A stretch of DNA of 856 nt from assembly GCF_003334305.1 (NCBI RefSeq), contig NZ_QOWS01000068.1; one strand, 5' to 3'. Both the position numbers and the translations under genes were made by a program. Positions 1 through 856 of the stretch are shown here, piece after piece. The DNA is from Escherichia coli. Lineage in GTDB: Bacteria > Pseudomonadota > Gammaproteobacteria > Enterobacterales > Enterobacteriaceae. The notes under the pieces were generated by a model that worked only from the letters and a program-made list of their open reading frames with translations, was not told the origin of the DNA and ran no database searches. The stretch's first letter is position 1, and the number at the start of each line of letters is the position of its first letter.

Positions 1-17
1 CAATGGGCAAGGTGGGC

Positions 18-46
18 TTGCATTTGCTTAATAGAAAGGCGTTAAT
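18..46 (+). promoter_or_regulatory. Weak candidate sigma70 promoter: -35 TTGCAT (18-23), 17-bp spacer, -10 GTTAAT (41-46); exact elements uncertain
   Basis: Seen in sequence: TTGCAT matches the -35 consensus TTGACA at 4 of 6 positions, and GTTAAT matches TATAAT at 4 of 6, with optimal 17-bp spacing. An alternative -10 is TAATAG at 29-34 or 43-48. This is sequence inspection only; the transcription start is not known to me. Confidence 0.25.
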
Positions 47-50
47 AGGC

Positions 51-80
51 AAAACGAAATGAAACGAAAGTTTTACGAAA
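51..80 (+). promoter_or_regulatory. Candidate repressor operator: AAAA + three tandem YGAAA pentamers (CGAAA 55-59, TGAAA 60-64, CGAAA 65-69) plus a fourth CGAAA at 76-80; bottom strand reads TTTCGTTTCATTTCGTTTT
   Basis: The repeat is seen directly in the sequence. It lies between the candidate -10 and the RBS, where a bound repressor would block initiation. As I recall (unverified), AgaR operators are described as tandem TTTC-purine units and agaR is autoregulated. DeoR-family repressors commonly bind direct repeats. Confidence 0.45.
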
Positions 81-83
81 GGA
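78..83 (+). promoter_or_regulatory. Shine-Dalgarno / ribosome-binding site for the CDS at 90 (AAAGGA, 6-nt spacer to ATG)
   Basis: Seen in sequence: aaagga at 78-83 followed by cttact and then ATG at 90. The AGGA core and 6-nt spacing fit a canonical E. coli RBS. Confidence 0.6.
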
Positions 84-89
84 CTTACT

Positions 90-856
90 ATGAGTAATAC
101 CGACGCTTCAGGTGAGAAGCGAGTGACAGGCACCAGCGAGCGACGAGAACAGATCATTCAGCGTCTGCGACAGCAAGGGAGTGTGCAGGTTAACGATCTG
201 TCGGCATTGTATGGCGTATCTACTGTGACGATCCGCAATGATCTGGCGTTTCTGGAAAAGCAGGGGATCGCTGTGCGTGCCTATGGTGGCGCGTTGATCT
301 GCGATAGCACGACGCCGTCAGTCGAGCCATCAGTGGAAGACAAAAGCGCACTGAACACCGCGATGAAACGCAGCGTTGCGAAAGCTGCCGTTGAGTTGAT
401 TCAGCCAGGTCATCGGGTGCTCCTCGATTCCGGGACCACCACTTTTGAGATTGCTCGTCTGATGCGCAAGCACACTGACGTAATTGCGATGACCAACGGT
501 ATGAACGTGGCTAATGCGTTGCTGGAAGCGGAAGGCGTTGAGCTGCTGATGACCGGCGGGCATTTGCGCCGTCAGTCGCAATCTTTTTACGGCGATCAGG
601 CTGAGCAATCGCTGCAAAATTACCACTTCGATATGCTGTTTCTTGGTGTAGATGCGATCGATCTGGAGCGCGGCGTCAGCACACATAATGAAGATGAAGC
701 CCGTTTAAACCGTCGGATGTGCGAAGTTGTGGAACGGATCATCGTGGTCACCGATTCCAGTAAATTCAATCGTTCCAGTTTACATAAGATCATTGATACT
801 CAACGTATCGACATGATCATTGTTGATGAAGGCATTCCTGCGGATAGTCTGGAAGG
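90..856 (+). CDS. agaR: DeoR-family HTH transcriptional repressor, most likely the aga operon repressor AgaR; 3'-partial (runs off the window end, roughly 14 codons missing if the full protein is ~269 aa as I recall)
   Basis: Seen in sequence: ATG at 90 is the first start after the in-frame TGA at 60-62, and the frame stays open for 255 codons to the window edge. Translation begins [70 protein letters not shown], a DeoR-type HTH signature, followed by a DeoR C-terminal sensor-domain pattern ([11 protein letters not shown]..., ...[10 protein letters not shown]..., ...[10 protein letters not shown]...). The agaR assignment is from memory of the E. coli AgaR sequence, not a search. Codon usage is typical of E. 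coli-like Enterobacteriaceae. Confidence 0.85.
   Translation, partial: MSNTDASGEKRVTGTSERREQIIQRLRQQGSVQVNDLSALYGVSTVTIRNDLAFLEKQGIAVRAYGGALICDSTTPSVEPSVEDKSALNTAMKRSVAKAAVELIQPGHRVLLDSGTTTFEIARLMRKHTDVIAMTNGMNVANALLEAEGVELLMTGGHLRRQSQSFYGDQAEQSLQNYHFDMLFLGVDAIDLERGVSTHNEDEARLNRRMCEVVERIIVVTDSSKFNRSSLHKIIDTQRIDMIIVDEGIPADSLE

Noticed and set aside
7-30. Inverted repeat GCAAG/CTTGC as a rho-independent terminator of an upstream gene
   Set aside because: The stem is only 5 bp with modest GC content, and it is not followed by a U-rich tract on either strand (catttgctta downstream; ccattg on the reverse).
1-89. cAMP-CRP binding site (TGTGA-N6-TCACA) in the leader
   Set aside because: No TGTGA/TCACA half-site is present in 1-89. 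A CRP site, if any, would lie further upstream in the divergent intergenic region outside this window.
123-125. Alternative start codon GTG at 123 (codon 12)
   Set aside because: It has no Shine-Dalgarno upstream, whereas ATG 90 has a well-spaced AAAGGA and is the first ATG after the in-frame stop at 60-62.
330-686. Supplied 118-aa ORF on the minus strand ([16 protein letters not shown]...)
   Set aside because: It lies entirely antisense within the well-supported agaR reading frame, has no recognisable motifs, and its low-complexity L/R/Q/A-rich translation is typical of a shadow ORF created by the codon bias of the sense gene. I see no convincing RBS upstream of its start on the minus strand.
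1-856. A novel or previously undescribed system (defence system, toxin-antitoxin, mobile element, CRISPR) as suggested by the prompt
   Set aside because: The window is fully explained by one conserved DeoR-family repressor gene plus its leader. There are no long terminal or inverted repeats, no spacer-repeat arrays, no integrase or transposase fragments and no small paired ORFs.

Overview
This window holds the 5' leader and about 95% of a single plus-strand gene for a DeoR-family transcriptional repressor, which I recognise from the translated sequence as enterobacterial agaR (repressor of the N-acetylgalactosamine/galactosamine aga/kba regulon); I see no novel system. The ORF starts at ATG 90, has a good Shine-Dalgarno, and runs without a stop off the 3' end of the window (255 complete codons). 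The protein has the expected layout: a short N-terminal extension, a DeoR-type helix-turn-helix, a Ser/Thr/Pro-rich linker and a DeoR C-terminal sugar-phosphate sensor domain. The only non-coding sequence (1-89) carries a weak candidate sigma70 promoter and a clear cluster of tandem YGAAA pentamers (TTTCR on the bottom strand) between the candidate -10 and the RBS, which I interpret as the autoregulatory operator. The supplied antisense ORF (330-686) is almost certainly a shadow ORF. Everything here looks like ordinary Enterobacteriaceae housekeeping/catabolic regulation. All identifications are from reading the sequence and from memory, not from a database search.
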